Assembly: GCA_963667015.2 (NCBI GenBank)
Contig: CAXXJJ010000001.1
Coordinates: 544,001 to 608,000 of the forward strand
Origin: Desulfatiglandales bacterium
Lineage (GTDB): Bacteria; Desulfobacterota; DSM-4660; Desulfatiglandales; HGW-15
Direction: 5' to 3'
Length of the DNA stretch: 64,000 nt
Part shown: positions 60,388 through 64,000 of the stretch, in pieces
Position numbering within the stretch: the stretch's first letter is position 1
Layout of the letters: the number at the start of each line of letters is the position of its first letter
The notes under the pieces: model-generated
Databases searched by the model: none
Told to the model about the DNA's origin: nothing
What the model saw: the letters and a program-made list of their open reading frames with translations, nothing else
Made by a program: the position numbers and the translations under genes

Positions 60388-62772
60388 ATGTTTTTAAATT
60401 ACATCAAAATTACTCTACGCAATCTCTACAAAGAAAAGATGTATGCCGCTATTAATATAGCTGGATTATCCATTGGTATAGCCTGCTGCATCATTCTCGG
60501 TTTATTTTTAAGAAGTGAACTTACATATGATCGGTATAATCTGAAACACAAGCGAATTTTTGAAATCGAAAGTGAGTTCAATACCAATGGTAAAATAAGT
60601 TACTTATCAACCTCGTCACGAGTATTAGCACCTCTATTGGCCAGAGATTATCCGGAGATAGAGTCCTATGTCAGATTTAAGCTCATCGGCCGGACGCTGG
60701 TTCGATATGAAGAAGAAAGCTTTTATTCGACAAGAGTAGCTCTGGCAGATGACACCGTGTTTGACATCTTCACTTATGATATTATTTATGGTGACCCGAA
60801 GACGGCCCTCTCGGATCCCCATTCGATGGCAATCAGCGAGAGCTTTGCAAAAAAGATTTTTGGTGACATCAACCCTATTGGAAAGGTTATTGCCACTGAT
60901 TCGGATCTCAATAAGATTACACTTGTGTTTGCCGATTTGCCGGAAAACAGTTTTAGGAGATACGACGCGCTCCTTTCCATTAATCGACTTCAGGATGATG
61001 AAGACCAGTTCAAAGATCTACTGAAATTACCTTTTAGCACAACCTATTTGTTGATGCCGGAAGGTTATAAGGCAGAATCTTTTCAGGGAAAGGTGGAGTC
61101 AATATACTCTAAGTATGCAGGAGAATCAATGGAAACCGAAGGTGTGTCTGTTAGAGGATGGTTGCAACCTATTGCAGAAATTCATCAAAACCCGGAGGTG
61201 CCAGTATTTACAGCAGTGGCCATTTTCATCCTTCTGGTGGCTTGTATAAATTACATAAATCTTGCCACAGCCCGGTCCATGAAACGGGATAGAGAAGTGG
61301 GGATGCGAAAAGTGCTGGGCGCAACAAGGCCTCAATTAATTGCTCAGTTTCTTGGGGAATCAATCTTTCTTACGATGATTGCCCTGTTAATCGGGTTGGT
61401 CATTGTAGAGGCAGTTACTGCATTCTCTCCAGTCAACGATTTATTGGGCAGGCAGGAGTTAATGAATTTTTATGATGAGCCGAACCTGTTATTGTGGATG
61501 ATGTGTTTCGGTCTTGTTGTCGGGTTGATCTCAGGGATTTATCCGGCATTTTACCTCTCTTCAGTTCAACCTCTCTCCACCTTAACTGGAACGACCCGTT
61601 CAGGCAAGCATAGTTTTCGCATGCGGCAATCCCTGATGCTAATCCAGTTTATCATTTCAATGGCTGTCATCATCTCTATGATCCTCATGGTCCTTCAAAT
61701 GCAGTATGTGTCCAATAAGCCTTTAGGGTTTAAAAAAGAAAATAAAGCTGAAATCAGATTGCAGGGTGCAGAATTAATTGGAAAGTATCCGATCATAAAA
61801 AACGAGCTATTAAAAGACAGCCGCATTTTGGATGTATCCGGATCCAGAACCGGAACTGTTGCGGCTGTGCCCAGTAGATCCTATATAGAGGATAATGACG
61901 GTGTTATTGGAGAGCCACAGGTTTTAAATTTTAAGGAAGTAAAAGAGGATTTCATAAAGACCATGGGAATGGAGATAGTCAGAGGTAGAGACTTTTCCAG
62001 TGACCTGTCGACCAATATTGGAAATTCTGCTCTTGTTACTGAGTCCCTTGTGAAGAAAATGGGATGGGAGGAGCCCCTTGGTAAACGTATAGAGAATGAT
62101 CTAGGGATGTTTAAGGTCATTGGTGTCGTAAAAGACTTCCATTATAGATCACTGCATGAACAGATGGAACCGCTTGTCATTATTAATGTTCAGATAGATT
62201 CACTCAACTTAAGTTCTCTTTTAAAGTTAAGGCCAACAGAATACCTTGTAGCCCATATCTCTAACAAGGATATATCCGGAGCGTTAAAATATATAGAAAA
62301 TGTATTTAAAAATATTAATCCAAAAAGCCTATTTGAATATGAGTTTCTTGAGGACTATCTTGATGGGCGCTACAGGCGAGAGTCGCGACTAATGAAACTG
62401 ATAGGTATTTTTGCAGGTATCTGCATCCTTATCTCATGTCTTGGTCTGTTCGGACTGGCCGCATTGGACACGGAGCAGCGTACCAAGGAGATTGGGGTTA
62501 GGAAGGTATTGGGCTCATCAACTTTTCAGATAATAGTAATGTTGTCACGAGGTATTCTGCTTATTGTTCTGGCAGCTTCTGTAATAGCGTCATTGATTGC
62601 TTACTATATCATCGATGAATGGCTGACCAATTTTGCCTATCATATAGGGATTAACCCAATAGTGTTTGTACTGTCTGTCGCTATAGCAATAGCAGTAGCC
62701 TTCGGGACGGTAGCGTTGCAGTCGTTTAAGACTGCTAACGAGAATCCGGTTAAGGCGCTGAGGTATGAGTAA
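60388..62772 (+). CDS. ABC transporter permease, duplicated MacB_PCD-FtsX type (paralogue 6)
   Basis: Same motif set; ends ENPVKALRYE. Confidence 0.93.
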   Translation: MFLNYIKITLRNLYKEKMYAAINIAGLSIGIACCIILGLFLRSELTYDRYNLKHKRIFEIESEFNTNGKISYLSTSSRVLAPLLARDYPEIESYVRFKLIGRTLVRYEEESFYSTRVALADDTVFDIFTYDIIYGDPKTALSDPHSMAISESFAKKIFGDINPIGKVIATDSDLNKITLVFADLPENSFRRYDALLSINRLQDDEDQFKDLLKLPFSTTYLLMPEGYKAESFQGKVESIYSKYAGESMETEGVSVRGWLQPIAEIHQNPEVPVFTAVAIFILLVACINYINLATARSMKRDREVGMRKVLGATRPQLIAQFLGESIFLTMIALLIGLVIVEAVTAFSPVNDLLGRQELMNFYDEPNLLLWMMCFGLVVGLISGIYPAFYLSSVQPLSTLTGTTRSGKHSFRMRQSLMLIQFIISMAVIISMILMVLQMQYVSNKPLGFKKENKAEIRLQGAELIGKYPIIKNELLKDSRILDVSGSRTGTVAAVPSRSYIEDNDGVIGEPQVLNFKEVKEDFIKTMGMEIVRGRDFSSDLSTNIGNSALVTESLVKKMGWEEPLGKRIENDLGMFKVIGVVKDFHYRSLHEQMEPLVIINVQIDSLNLSSLLKLRPTEYLVAHISNKDISGALKYIENVFKNINPKSLFEYEFLEDYLDGRYRRESRLMKLIGIFAGICILISCLGLFGLAALDTEQRTKEIGVRKVLGSSTFQIIVMLSRGILLIVLAASVIASLIAYYIIDEWLTNFAYHIGINPIVFVLSVAIAIAVAFGTVALQSFKTANENPVKALRYE

Positions 62773-63161
62773 AAAGCAGGCTGAAGCATTTCACCCTGTT
62801 AAATGTTGCTACGCAACCCGCTCTGCGGATTTAACAGGGTAAAGACTGAAGGCTGTTAGGAAAAGCTATTAAGGCGAGATTAAGAGAAAGAGCAAGAGCA
62901 GGAGCAAGATTCAAAATGACAATTAAGTTTTTCAGTTTTTGTCTGTCATTCCTCGACTTGCTTGTCTGGACGTAGCCTTTGTGCGAAGACTGAATCTGAA
63001 ATCCAGTTTTTCTTTTATTTTTATGTTTTCATTGGATGTTGAAAATTCATCTTTAAAAAGAATTTTTATATTTGCAATCTATCCAAAAATCACACTGCTT
63101 GCAATTTGATGAAAATTGCATTAAAATTGTCTTCACTTCGAATAATAGAAAAGGAGTCAAT

Positions 63162-63410
63162 ATGCCATCTTTACAGGTCAGAGAATTACCCGATCAGATT
63201 TATCTGAAATTGCAGGAAGAAGCGAAAAAGGAGCATCGAAGCCTTGCTCAGCAGGCTGTTGCGACTCTTGCAAAAGGCCTTGATCTGGAGATAAATCCCC
63301 AAAAAAGAAGAGAAGATCTTTTAAAAAAATTAAACAAAGAGCTAATAATCAATAACAAATCAAGCCTTCCGGATCCAGTTCAACTTATTCGAGAGGACAG
63401 GGAAAGATGA
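63162..63410 (+). CDS. FitA/VapB-like ribbon-helix-helix antitoxin
   Basis: SD aaggag; MPSLQVRELPDQIYLKLQEEAKKEHRSL...LIREDRER; overlaps the PIN toxin start. Confidence 0.82.
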   Translation: MPSLQVRELPDQIYLKLQEEAKKEHRSLAQQAVATLAKGLDLEINPQKRREDLLKKLNKELIINNKSSLPDPVQLIREDRER

Positions 63411-63805
63411 TTCTTATTCTTGACGCGAATGCTGCGACTGAAATCGTTCTTCAGAGAAAAAAATATAAGTCCTTTGAAAATTATATTACTGAGGCTGACT
63501 GGATAACTTCTCCCGGACTTTTTATTGCAGAAGTCAACAATGTATTTTGGAAATATCATAAACTGGCTGACATGCCACTGGATCAATGCGAGAAGGCAAT
63601 AGAGTTCGCAATGAGTTTGCCCGATGAATTTTGCGATGACCAGAAATTATACAAGGAGGCATTTTCATTAAGCTGCAAGGTCGGAAAACCAGTATATGAT
63701 ATGTTTTACCTTGTACTTGCCAGGAGGAATAGCGGTTACCTGTTGACTCTTGATAAATCGCTCGCCACTGAAGCAAAGAAACAATCTGTAAGGGTCATTT
63801 CCTGA
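63407..63805 (+). CDS. vapC: VapC-family PIN-domain toxin
   Basis: LILDAN, AEVNNVFWK, VYDMFYLVLA, LLTLDKSL. Confidence 0.88.
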   Translation: MILILDANAATEIVLQRKKYKSFENYITEADWITSPGLFIAEVNNVFWKYHKLADMPLDQCEKAIEFAMSLPDEFCDDQKLYKEAFSLSCKVGKPVYDMFYLVLARRNSGYLLTLDKSLATEAKKQSVRVIS

Positions 63806-63810
63806 TTACA

Positions 63811-63858
63811 TTAAAAATGAGCTGGGCCGATTCGATTGAGGCACTTCGATATGAATAA
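63811..63858 (+). pseudogene. 3'-terminal relic of another permease gene
   Basis: Translates LKMSWADSIEALRYE*, matching the permease terminus IKAAMADPVKALRYE*. Confidence 0.7.
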
Positions 63859-64000
63859 AAACACGGTGTAGGGTCTACGGTTTGTGGCGTAAGGAAAGGC
63901 TTTAAAACCTTAAACCTTATACCTCATACCTTAAACCTTTCTTTTCCCCTGTAACAATTTCTTAAATCACAACTATTATATATTAATCCCATTCTGTTTT

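Noticed and set aside
63072..63161. TTG-initiated extension of the antitoxin, and the many antisense ORFs shadowing long genes
   Set aside because: A strong SD supports the ATG at 63162; the shadow ORFs lack motifs and overlap well-supported genes.

Overview
This is a bacterial window, most likely from a sulfate-reducing Desulfobacterota-type anaerobe; that is inferred from the nifH-I1-I2-D-K-E-N-B gene order and the intergenic repeat families. From left to right it holds: (1) a sensor kinase, a DUF2333 gene and a rimB-astE/aspA-rimK operon (1-5.4 kb); (2) an AT-rich accessory/defence island (6.2-25.4 kb); (3) a complete Mo-nitrogenase cluster with nifV (25.6-36.6 kb); (4) hicAB; (5) a sigma54 two-component system divergent from a large efflux locus; (6) a vapBC-type TA pair. 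The island carries a frameshifted ParE TA pair, a coupled FRG-domain + glycogen-synthase-like gene pair, a 3'-truncated MBL hydrolase, an IS21 splitting a TPR gene, RDD, AAA-DUF4143, RloAB/AbiL, a 5'-truncated IS4 and a Zorya type III-like four-gene operon. The efflux locus has one ATPase, one adaptor, one TolC and six ~800-aa MacB/FtsX-type permease paralogues. The best candidates for something undescribed are the FRG + GT5 module, the recurrent ~24-bp TGTCAAnnGTCAAGACnnGACCCC motif that brackets and truncates the passenger genes of the island, and the permease array whose 5' leaders and 3' ends are conserved at the DNA level. All calls come from reading motifs by eye; no searches were run.
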